Shown: piece after piece, positions 36,376-44,786 of the stretch
Layout: each line of letters starts with the position of its first letter
How positions within the stretch are numbered: the first letter of the stretch is position 1
Assembly (NCBI GenBank): GCA_002317325.1
Contig: DCJB01000092.1
Location: 395-64,394, forward strand
Direction: 5' to 3'
Source: Bacteroidales bacterium UBA1711
GTDB lineage: Bacteria; Bacteroidota; Bacteroidia; Bacteroidales; P3
DNA length: 64,000 nucleotides
The notes under the pieces: model-generated
The model's database searches: none
The model's input: the letters and a program-made list of their open reading frames with translations, nothing else
What the model was told of the DNA's origin: nothing
Translations under genes and position numbers: made by a program

Positions 36376-36417
36376 TGAACAGTGAACGGTGATCGGTGAT
36401 CGGATGAATGGCGAACA
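36376..36417 (+). repeat. heptamer array GTGAACA GTGAACG GTGATCG GTGATCG GATGAAT GGCGAAC
   Basis: Starts 3 nt after the stop of the DUF4292-like gene. Confidence 0.75.
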
Positions 36418-36489
36418 GGTAAAAAAAATAGAGACTTTTCGTAAACCCCCGAATACAAGATAATTCTAAATTATTAATTCTTAATCACA

Positions 36490-37275
36490 ATGAAGGTTTT
36501 TCTCTTTGCCCTGCTGCTGGTCTCGGCGGGTTCGGCGGCCGCTCAGACGGCTCCTACTGCCGCCGCAACGCCCGACAGCGCCGCCCGCGCACAGGGCGAA
36601 GCCATCGTCAACCGCTACCTGACCATGGTTGACTACAGCCCGATGATTGACGACAGCGTGCTATTCGTCACCTCATTTGTGGTGGACCGAGCCTACCCCT
36701 CCGACACCATGATACTCTACCGCTGGTGGCAGCGTCACAATCGTAGCCGGGTGGAGGTGTGGCAGAATGGAATGATGGACGACGCCATGTACACCGACGG
36801 CAACCGCCTCCACCGCCGCTTCGTGTCCGGCAACCGCTCATGGGCCGATATTACGCAAGGCTCCTATTCAGACCGTATCGTTTCACTCGACATCCGCGGC
36901 GCCCTCTACGGATGGGAGGCCAAGGGTGCCGAAATTGCCTACGCCGGGGAATATGAACTCGAGGGAACGAAAGTGGACCAGGTGTTCGTGACCTGCCCCG
37001 GTATGTTCGACCGCCACTACTTCTTCGAAAAGGAGAGCGGGCTGCTCTTCCTCGTGACGGAGGACAACCACATCTACGGCGACCAGAAGATAGATGAGCG
37101 CATGACGCGGTGCGACTGGCGAGGGTGGCACGAGTTTGTGCCCTTCCGCGGATGCCTGCTCCCGTCGTCGGAGTCGTATCAGGCAAACCAGAACCAGACC
37201 GTCATCATCACCCATACCTACAGCTGCATAGCGCCCGACGACCGTCTGTTCACTGAAGACTTCCGCAAGCGATGA
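36490..37275 (+). CDS. hypothetical secreted protein
   Basis: Signal peptide MKVFLFALLLVSAGSAAAQ. 261 aa. Stop overlaps the tadA ATG. Confidence 0.6.
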   Translation: MKVFLFALLLVSAGSAAAQTAPTAAATPDSAARAQGEAIVNRYLTMVDYSPMIDDSVLFVTSFVVDRAYPSDTMILYRWWQRHNRSRVEVWQNGMMDDAMYTDGNRLHRRFVSGNRSWADITQGSYSDRIVSLDIRGALYGWEAKGAEIAYAGEYELEGTKVDQVFVTCPGMFDRHYFFEKESGLLFLVTEDNHIYGDQKIDERMTRCDWRGWHEFVPFRGCLLPSSESYQANQNQTVIITHTYSCIAPDDRLFTEDFRKR

Positions 37276-37796
37276 GCCTCTTCGACAACCCCGACGAACA
37301 CTATATGCGGCTGGCGCTGGGCGAGGCACGGGCCGCCTTTGACGAGGAGGAAATCCCAGTGGGGGCGGTGATAGTGTGCGACGGACAGGTGATAGCCCGT
37401 GCGCACAACAACACCGAGCGGCTGAACGACCCCACCGCCCACGCCGAGATGCTGGCATTCACGGCGGCAGCCAATCGGTTGGGGGCGAAATATCTGACCG
37501 ACTGCACGCTGTTTGTCACCCTGGAGCCCTGCGTCATGTGCGCGGGGGCGGCGGGGTGGACGCAGGTGGGGCGCATCGTCTATGGGGCCTGCGACCCCAA
37601 GCGGGGCTTCGAGCGGGTAGGGCGTGCCATGCTCCACCCGAAGACCCGCGTGGAGGGCGGGCTGCTGGCCGCCGAGAGCGAAGCCCTGCTCAAAGCGTTC
37701 TTCCAAAGCCGGCGCAGCCCCGGGGCGGCACGGCTCGCCGACAACGAAGGACCCGCCCAACCAACTCAGCAAGAAACAATACAACAAACAACATAA
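37272..37796 (+). CDS. tadA: tRNA adenosine(34) deaminase
   Basis: HAEMLAF and PCVMCAGA zinc motifs. Low-complexity tail of about 25 aa. Confidence 0.9.
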   Translation: MSLFDNPDEHYMRLALGEARAAFDEEEIPVGAVIVCDGQVIARAHNNTERLNDPTAHAEMLAFTAAANRLGAKYLTDCTLFVTLEPCVMCAGAAGWTQVGRIVYGACDPKRGFERVGRAMLHPKTRVEGGLLAAESEALLKAFFQSRRSPGAARLADNEGPAQPTQQETIQQTT

Positions 37797-37807
37797 ATAA
37801 TTTGCTT

Positions 37808-38698
37808 ATGAAACCCACACTACTCGTACTCGCTGCCGGCATGGGCAGCCGCTACGGCGGACTGAAGCAGATGGACGGCCTCGGTCCCAACGGCGAAATC
37901 ATCATGGACTACTCCATCAACGACGCCATCCGCGCCGGATTCGGCAAGGTGGTGTTCGTCATCCGCCACTCCTTCGAGGCCGAGTTCAAGGCCAAAATCA
38001 ACGCCGAACACTTCGGCAACCGCATTGCGGTGGAGTATGTCTTCCAAGAGCTTGACTACCTGCCCAAGGGATTCACCGTGCCCGAAGGGCGCGAGAAGCC
38101 CTGGGGCACCAACCACGCCATCCTCATGGCCAAGGATGTCATCCACGAACCCTTCGCCATCATCAACGCCGACGACTTCTATGGCCGCGACGCCTTCCGC
38201 GTCATCGGAGACCACCTGCGGAGAATAGAAGGCACCGAGGGGAAATACTGCATGGTGGGCTACCGCCTCGAGAACACGCTCAGCGAGAACGGATCGGTGT
38301 CGCGCGGCGTGTGCAGCGTCGATGCCGACGGACTGCTGGCCGGCATGACCGAGCGCACCAGCATCGCCCGCACCCCCGACGGCATTGCCTATCAGGACCC
38401 CGACGGCAGCAGCCACCCCCTGCCTGCCGACGCCACCGTGTCGATGAACCTCTTCGGCTTCACGCCCGACTACTTCGCCAAGAGCGAGAAGCTCTTCGTC
38501 ACCTTCCTCAAGGAGAAAGGCGCCGAACTGAAGTCGGAATACTACATCCCCTATGCCGTCAACACCTTCATCAACGAAGGCCGCGCCACCATGACGGTGC
38601 TCAAGACCAGCGCCCGCTGGTTCGGAGTCACTTACAAGGAAGACCGCCCCATGGTGGTGGAACGCCTCCGCCAGCTGCACGAGCAGGGCGAATACTAA
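37808..38698 (+). CDS. sugar-phosphate nucleotidyltransferase family protein
   Basis: N-terminal LVLAAGMGSRYGGLKQ (GxGxR nucleotide-binding loop). Confidence 0.8.
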   Translation: MKPTLLVLAAGMGSRYGGLKQMDGLGPNGEIIMDYSINDAIRAGFGKVVFVIRHSFEAEFKAKINAEHFGNRIAVEYVFQELDYLPKGFTVPEGREKPWGTNHAILMAKDVIHEPFAIINADDFYGRDAFRVIGDHLRRIEGTEGKYCMVGYRLENTLSENGSVSRGVCSVDADGLLAGMTERTSIARTPDGIAYQDPDGSSHPLPADATVSMNLFGFTPDYFAKSEKLFVTFLKEKGAELKSEYYIPYAVNTFINEGRATMTVLKTSARWFGVTYKEDRPMVVERLRQLHEQGEY

Positions 38699-38715
38699 CC
38701 CACACGCCCCGCGCC

Positions 38716-39978
38716 ATCACCGACCGCAACACCATACTACAGTTCGCCCGCGACCACCGCGACGACGACCCGCTGCAACTGCTGCTCGCCGCCTCCCGCT
38801 ATGGCGGGGTGGATGTGGAGCGGGCGGTGCAGCAGATAGAGGGAGAGCGCCAGGCCGCCGCCAAGTGGCCGGCGTTCTCGCTCTGCGCGGGTTATCTGTA
38901 CCCCCCGCGGCTCAACCGCGAGCAGAGCTCGTCCGAAGCCGCCGCCCGCTACAAAGCCGAACTCCTCGAGAACTGGGGGACGCGGCGCCTCATCGACCTC
39001 ACCGGCGGCATGGGGGCGGACACCTACTTCATGGCGGCGGCCGCCGCCGAAACCCACTACTGCGAGCAGGACGAAGCCCTGTGCGAAACGGCGCGGCAGA
39101 ACTTCGCCGCCCTCGGCCGTCCGAGCATCGCCTGCCATGCGGGCGACAGCCTGCAGTGGCTGCGGCAGCAGCCCGACGGCCCCGACGGGCTGGCCGCCGA
39201 CGTGATATATATCGACCCCGCCCGCCGCGACACCGCCGGCCGCCGGGTGGCGGCATTCGAGGACTGCACGCCCAACCTGCTGCCCAACCTCTCGTTCCTC
39301 CTCAGCCGCTGCCGCCGGCTGCTCGTCAAAGCCTCGCCCATGATCGACCTCGCCGCCGCCCTCGCCCAGATAGGGGCGGTGGAAGAAGTCCACATCGTGG
39401 CCCTGCGCAACGAATGCAAAGAGGCGCTCTTTGTGGTGCGGGGCGGAACGGCGGCACCCGCAGCCGCCTGCGCGAAGTCTCCCTGCGCGAAGTCTCCCTG
39501 TGCGGAGACCGCCGCCATACACTGCGTCAACCTGCCCGCCCCCCACTCCGCCGCCGCCCGCCAGCACAACGTCTTCACCCTCGCCGCCGAAGCGGCCGCG
39601 CGCCCCGCCTACGCCGCCGAAATGCAGGCCTACCTCTACGAGCCCAACGCCGCCCTGATGAAGGGGGGCAGCTTTGGACTGCTGTCCGAACAATACGGCG
39701 TGGAGAAGCTGGCCCGCAACACCCACCTCTACACCAGCGCCGACCTCCGGCCCCACTTTCCCGGCCGCATCCTGCGCGTCCTGCAGCCCCTGCCCCTCAA
39801 CCCCCGCGACGCCGCCCGCCTACTCCCCGGCCGCAAAGCCCACGTGGCCGCCCGCAACCACCCCCTAACCGCCGACCAAGTGCGGCGCAAGCTCCGCCTC
39901 ACCGAAGGCGGCGACCTCTTCGTGGTGGCAGCCACCCTCGGCACCCGCCCCTCCGCCTGGCTCTGCCAGCCCCTCTGA
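38716..39978 (+). CDS. class I SAM-dependent methyltransferase (THUMP-like N-terminus); start uncertain
   Basis: DLTGGMGADTYF SAM motif. The conserved-looking N-terminus NTILQFARDHRDDDPLQ has no in-frame ATG/GTG/TTG upstream of it. The first canonical start is GTG at 38809. Confidence 0.6.
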   Translation: MTDRNTILQFARDHRDDDPLQLLLAASRYGGVDVERAVQQIEGERQAAAKWPAFSLCAGYLYPPRLNREQSSSEAAARYKAELLENWGTRRLIDLTGGMGADTYFMAAAAAETHYCEQDEALCETARQNFAALGRPSIACHAGDSLQWLRQQPDGPDGLAADVIYIDPARRDTAGRRVAAFEDCTPNLLPNLSFLLSRCRRLLVKASPMIDLAAALAQIGAVEEVHIVALRNECKEALFVVRGGTAAPAAACAKSPCAKSPCAETAAIHCVNLPAPHSAAARQHNVFTLAAEAAARPAYAAEMQAYLYEPNAALMKGGSFGLLSEQYGVEKLARNTHLYTSADLRPHFPGRILRVLQPLPLNPRDAARLLPGRKAHVAARNHPLTADQVRRKLRLTEGGDLFVVAATLGTRPSAWLCQPL

Positions 39979-40125
39979 CCCCAAGCCGCCGCCCGCCACC
40001 AACTTGGCACTCCCATAAACACCGCCCGCATACCAATACCCATACCTTAGGATGCCTTGAGAATCCCCCGCTGCGGCGGAGTGTTAACAAATCTTAAACA
40101 CGCTGGCTTTTCCGTCAAAAAGTAG

Positions 40126-40133
40126 TACCTTTG
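40126..40133 (+). promoter_or_regulatory. -7 box TACCTTTG for the BcgI-like operon
   Basis: 50 nt upstream of the ATG at 40184. Confidence 0.55.
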
Positions 40134-40183
40134 CAAACTGTTAGGCGTGGTGTATCCCACGGCTTTAAACACACTAACCCATT

Positions 40184-42028
40184 ATGGCAAACGAGAGAAT
40201 AACCGAAGCGATAGTTAGAGACCACTTCAAAGAGGACGCGCTTTTCAAGTCGGTGAAGTGGGAGGAGCAGCGGTCGGGCAACAAGGTCATTTCAGAACTG
40301 CTGAAAGGCAGGAGCAAGGGAGGCGGCTCGGGGCGGGGCTGCCCCGAGTTCATCGTCTCGTTCCCCTTCAACACCAACTACCTGATAGTGGTGGAGTGCA
40401 AGGCAAAGGCCCACCAGCACGAGAGCGGAAGCAGAGACAAAGCCAAGGACTATGCCGTGGACGGCGTGCTGTGCTATGCCGAGGCGCTGAAGGAGGAGTA
40501 CAGCGTGGTGGCCATAGCGGTGAGCGGACAGGACAAGGCCGAGCTGATGGTCTCGCACTTCTTCTGGAAGCGGGGGAGCGAGCAGTACTCCGAACTGGCC
40601 GACCGCAGACTGCTGGCCATCGACGACTACCTGCAGGTGTTTGAAGACCAGTTCTTCCTGTCGGACTTCTACACCCGCGACATCGCCATGAAGGCGCAGG
40701 AGCTCAACGACGAGTTCCACTTCCGCTCCATCACCGAGGACAAGCGCTGCACCATGGTGAGCGGAATGCTGCTGGCCCTCATCAGCGACCAGTTCCGCGA
40801 CGGGTACCGCGCGCTGCCCACCGCCGAGGAACTGGGAGGGCAGGTGCTGGAGGCCATCGACGAGGTGATAGGGGCAGAGGGGGAGGTCGTGCAGAAGCGG
40901 GAGGCGCTGAAAAAGGAGTTCAGCACGCTGCTCAACGAACCGCTGTTCACCCATGCCACCGTCAACAACACCAAGACCCGCAAGACCGAGGACTCGCTCG
41001 AGGTGGCGAAGTACTTTATCGGCTACCTGCAGAAGAATGTCTTTCCGCTGGTGAAGCACTCCAACATCGGCTACGATATTTTGGGGCGCTTCTATGTGGA
41101 GTTTATCCGCTATGCCCAAAGCCAGCAGAAGCAGGGGCTTGTGCTTACACCGCCCCATATCACCGAACTGTTCTGCGACCTTGCCGACCTGCGGCTGCAC
41201 GACGTGGTGTATGACCCCTGCTGCGGAACCGGGGGGTTCTTGGTGTCGGCAATGCAGCGGCTCTTCGCGCTGGCCGGCAACGACATCGCCCAACGCCAGC
41301 ACATAAAGAGAGACCAGATATGCGGTGTGGAAATGAGGCCTTCGATGTATGCCTACGCCTGCTCGAATATGCGGTTCAGAGGCGACGGCAAGTCACACAT
41401 CTACAACGGCGACTGCTTCCAGCACGAGACCCTCGTCCGAGACACCCACCATCCCACCGTGGCGCTCCTCAACCCGCCCTACGACGTGGGCTGCGCGGGG
41501 CAGCTGCGGTTCGTGGAACACGCCCTGAACACGCTCAACCCCCAGTCGGACGGCCGCGTGGTGGCGGTGGTCCAGATGAGCTGCGCCATCAGAGACGAGA
41601 GGGAGCTGAAGGCCGCGAAAAGCCGGCTGCTGGCCCGCCACCACCTGAAGGCGGTGCTGAGTATGCCCGACGACCTATTCTATCCCGTGGGAGTGGTCAC
41701 GTGCATCATGGTGTTCGAGGCCAACAAGCCCAACGCCGGCAGGAAGACGTGGTTCGGATACTTCAAAGACGACGGCTTCGAGAAGCGCAAGCACCTCGGA
41801 CGGATAGACGCGCGCGACCGATATTCGGCCATCAGGGAGCGGTGGCTGTCGGCCTACAGAAACTTGGACGAGGTGCCGGGACTCTCGGTGCGGAAGGAGG
41901 TGGCGGCCGACGACGAATGGTGCGCCGAGGCCTACATGGAGACCGACTACAGCACGCTGTGCGACGAGGACTTTGTATGCAAAATGCGCGACTACGCCGC
42001 CTTCCTGATTCAAAACGAAAACCTGTAG
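40184..42028 (+). CDS. BcgI-like type IIB R-M subunit A: N-terminal PD-(D/E)xK-like nuclease fused to a gamma-class N6-adenine MTase
   Basis: CPEFIVSF...LIVVECKA in the first 75 aa. Motif I VYDPCCGTGGFLVSA and motif IV LLNPPYDVG. 614 aa. No hsdR gene nearby. Confidence 0.7.
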   Translation: MANERITEAIVRDHFKEDALFKSVKWEEQRSGNKVISELLKGRSKGGGSGRGCPEFIVSFPFNTNYLIVVECKAKAHQHESGSRDKAKDYAVDGVLCYAEALKEEYSVVAIAVSGQDKAELMVSHFFWKRGSEQYSELADRRLLAIDDYLQVFEDQFFLSDFYTRDIAMKAQELNDEFHFRSITEDKRCTMVSGMLLALISDQFRDGYRALPTAEELGGQVLEAIDEVIGAEGEVVQKREALKKEFSTLLNEPLFTHATVNNTKTRKTEDSLEVAKYFIGYLQKNVFPLVKHSNIGYDILGRFYVEFIRYAQSQQKQGLVLTPPHITELFCDLADLRLHDVVYDPCCGTGGFLVSAMQRLFALAGNDIAQRQHIKRDQICGVEMRPSMYAYACSNMRFRGDGKSHIYNGDCFQHETLVRDTHHPTVALLNPPYDVGCAGQLRFVEHALNTLNPQSDGRVVAVVQMSCAIRDERELKAAKSRLLARHHLKAVLSMPDDLFYPVGVVTCIMVFEANKPNAGRKTWFGYFKDDGFEKRKHLGRIDARDRYSAIRERWLSAYRNLDEVPGLSVRKEVAADDEWCAEAYMETDYSTLCDEDFVCKMRDYAAFLIQNENL

Positions 42029-42031
42029 CCC

Positions 42032-43078
42032 ATGGAAACCCAGGACTGGAAGTGGTTCACGATTGGAAGCCTGTTTTCGGTGGAACTGTCGAAGGGGGAG
42101 ATAAAAGCCGACAACATCGAAAGTGGAACCGTTCCGCTTGTCTCGTCGGGAGGGACAAACAACGGCATTGTGTGCTATGTGGATGAAAAGGGCGACGGGA
42201 GAGCGGAACTATTTGACGGCAACAAATTGACAGTGGATATGTTCGGACACTGCTTCTATCATGCAACGCCCTTCTATTCGGTCAGCCACGGTCGGGTGAA
42301 CGTGCTCACGTCAGCAAGGCTCAACCGCGACAACGGACTTTTTGTGGCCGCAATAATCGAGCGCGAAATATACCGCTACTCCTACGGAAGGGCCGTCTAT
42401 AGTGCAACGCTATCCAACGCAACCATCAAACTCCCAGCCAAAAAGAATGGAAACGGAGAGTTTGAGCCCGACTGGCAGTGGATGGAAGACTACATGAGGG
42501 GGACGATTGTGCCCAAGCTGCCGCAGAAAGCCAGGGAAGTGTTTCTTCACCAATTCAGCAGCGAGCCCGTATCGGACAACCGGCTGACCTTGGACGTTGC
42601 CGGCTGGCAGCAGTTCAAGTATGAAGAACTCTTCGACATCAAGAAAGGGAAACGGCTCACGAAGGCCGACATGGAGGAGGGCGACATACCGTTTGTCGGG
42701 GCGACAGACTCCAACAACGGCATCACGGCCCGCATTGCCAACTGCGAGCACCTGCACCCCGCCAACACCATTTCGGTCTCCTACAACGGCTCCATTGCCG
42801 AAGCCTACTACCAAGCCAAGAGTTTTTGGGCGTCCGACGACGTGAACGTCCTCTATCCGAAATTTGCCCTGAACGAGTACATCGCCCTGTTCCTCACAAC
42901 GATAATCAACAAGGAGAAGTATCGATTCAACTACGGGCGGAAGTGGGACAAAGAGCTGATGAAGAACACCACCATCAAGCTCCCAGCCAAGAGAAGCGCC
43001 GCCGGCAAGCTGGAGCCCGACTGGCAGTGGATGGAAAACTACATCAAAGGGCTGCCCTTCTCGGGCTGCCTACGATAA
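42032..43078 (+). CDS. R-M specificity subunit (HsdS/BcgIB-like, two target recognition domains)
   Basis: Starts 3 nt after subunit A. Internal duplication: KLPAKKNGNGEFEPDWQWMEDYMRG and KLPAKRSAAGKLEPDWQWMENYIKG. Confidence 0.85.
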   Translation: METQDWKWFTIGSLFSVELSKGEIKADNIESGTVPLVSSGGTNNGIVCYVDEKGDGRAELFDGNKLTVDMFGHCFYHATPFYSVSHGRVNVLTSARLNRDNGLFVAAIIEREIYRYSYGRAVYSATLSNATIKLPAKKNGNGEFEPDWQWMEDYMRGTIVPKLPQKAREVFLHQFSSEPVSDNRLTLDVAGWQQFKYEELFDIKKGKRLTKADMEEGDIPFVGATDSNNGITARIANCEHLHPANTISVSYNGSIAEAYYQAKSFWASDDVNVLYPKFALNEYIALFLTTIINKEKYRFNYGRKWDKELMKNTTIKLPAKRSAAGKLEPDWQWMENYIKGLPFSGCLR

Positions 43079-43439
43079 GCCGACACACCGAAACACCCGG
43101 AACGAACCGTTCCACTGGACAGTCGCACCACTCGCTGCACGTGAGCGGGCGGGGGGTTAGTGCGAGGATTTCGGATTGGGGGACGGGGCGGAAAGAGTTT
43201 CGGAATTGGGGGGAGGGCTTGCAGATGTCGGTTATTATTGCTGACTTTGCAGGGTGATTGAAATAGTTTGAGGAAATGTATAATCTGCTGACCTATAATT
43301 TATAGACTTCAAGAATACTGTCGCCGAGCGACTTGATTCGGCACAGCAGCGACATCTGGGCCCAAGCCTTACGGCAGCGAAAAAAGAGACAGCACTTTGT
43401 ATGCGAATAGTTGTGCCGCGAGTATTGAGAACAGACGCA

Positions 43440-43447
43440 CAAAGATA
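43440..43447 (-). promoter_or_regulatory. orphan -7 box (TATCTTTG on the minus strand)
   Basis: Points into non-coding DNA toward the end of the R-M S subunit gene. Confidence 0.3.
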
Positions 43448-43584
43448 CACATATTCTCTGAAACTCAGAAGCTTTTTTGCTCGCTGCCGCAAGAGGAGGG
43501 AGGGCGGACGGACGTGGACGCTATGCGGGACTGTGTCCGCGGGGTCGGAATGATTATTTTTTTTGCCAATCAGAAAAATAGTTG

Positions 43585-43592
43585 TAATTTTG
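43585..43592 (+). promoter_or_regulatory. -7 box TAATTTTG for rplM-rpsI
   Basis: Predicts a leader of about 190 nt before the ATG at 43787. Confidence 0.5.
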
Positions 43593-43786
43593 CAATTTGT
43601 AACATAGTGCGGAGAAGCCTTGTATTTTGCCCGTTCAGGATTATCCGCCAATATGTTAAAGAGGTGCGGTGTGCTGCGCCTGAGAGACTGAAACTCCCGA
43701 TTTCGGTTATCCGTCGCCGAGAAAAGGACGCATAGACTCCCAAAGCACACAAAAAAAAGACAAAAAACATCATCGTTAAATAAAAA

Positions 43787-44242
43787 ATGGATCAGTTAAG
43801 TTACAAAACCATCTCCGCCAACAAGAACACCGTCACCAAAGAGTGGCTTCTTGTTGATGCCGAGAACCAGACCGTAGGCCGCTTGGCGACCCGCGTGGCC
43901 AACATCCTGCGCGGCAAGACCAAGCCCTGCTTCACCCCGCACGCCGACTGCGGCGACAACGTCATCATCATCAATGCCGAGAAAGTGGTCTTCACCGGCA
44001 AAAAGATGACCGACAAAATCTACCAGCGCTACACCGGCTATCCCGGCGGCCAGCGCGAGACCACTCCCGCCAAGGTGCTTGCCACCCATCCCGAGCGCGT
44101 GCTTGAACACGCCATCCGCGGAATGCTTCCAAAGAACCGTCTCGGCGACGCCCTCTACCGCAACCTCTATGTGTATGCCGGCAGCGAGCATCCCCATCAG
44201 GGTCAGAACCCCAAAGCCATCAACATTAACGACGTCAGATAA
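43787..44242 (+). CDS. rplM: 50S ribosomal protein L13
   Basis: WLLVDAENQTVGRLATRVANILRGK. Confidence 0.97.
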   Translation: MDQLSYKTISANKNTVTKEWLLVDAENQTVGRLATRVANILRGKTKPCFTPHADCGDNVIIINAEKVVFTGKKMTDKIYQRYTGYPGGQRETTPAKVLATHPERVLEHAIRGMLPKNRLGDALYRNLYVYAGSEHPHQGQNPKAININDVR

Positions 44243-44250
44243 TCATCAAA

Positions 44251-44637
44251 ATGGAAGTAATCAACACTATCGGTAGAAGAAAATGCTCAGTCGCCCGCGT
44301 CTATATGACCCCCGGCACTGGCAATATCGTTGTCAACAACAGAGACTACAAGGACTATTTCCCCACCGGCCCGCTGCAGTTCATCGTCAACCAGGCCCTC
44401 ATGGTGGCTGGCGCTGAAGGCAAGTGGGACATCAAAGCCAACCTCGACGGCGGCGGAATCACCGGCCAGGCCCAGGCCCTGCGCATGGCCATCGCCCGCG
44501 CCCTGTGCGAGAACAACATCGAAGACCGCCCCGCCCTGAAAAAGGAAGGCTTCCTCATGCGCGACCCCCGCATGGTCGAGCGCAAGAAACCCGGCCAGCC
44601 CAAAGCCCGCAAGCGCTTCCAGTTCAGCAAGCGTTAA
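44251..44637 (+). CDS. rpsI: 30S ribosomal protein S9
   Basis: GGGITGQAQALRMAIARAL...KPGQPKARKRFQFSKR. Confidence 0.97.
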   Translation: MEVINTIGRRKCSVARVYMTPGTGNIVVNNRDYKDYFPTGPLQFIVNQALMVAGAEGKWDIKANLDGGGITGQAQALRMAIARALCENNIEDRPALKKEGFLMRDPRMVERKKPGQPKARKRFQFSKR

Positions 44638-44786
44638 TGGCCGATTGAAGTTTAGGATCCAAATCGGCGAGACGCTCCGTCTGGTTGCCAGTTCGGCAGC
44701 AGGGCTGCCGAAAAACCAGGCCCTACAATGGACTACTCTCCGATTGGCTCAAAGTTAAGGAACGTAAACAATACAAAAGAATCACA

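Noticed and set aside
38865-40097. 410-aa P/R-rich plus-strand ORF, plus the antisense ORF at 38737-39756
   Set aside because: These are alternative frames of the SAM-methyltransferase gene. Extreme P/R/G content is characteristic of off-frame translation of GC-rich coding DNA.
43235-43750. 171-aa minus-strand ORF (and the 112-aa plus-strand ORF at 43397-43735) in the spacer before rplM
   Set aside because: The composition is not protein-like (S/R/C/F-rich), no motifs are present, and the ORFs span promoter-like and A/T-rich elements. The region is treated as non-coding.
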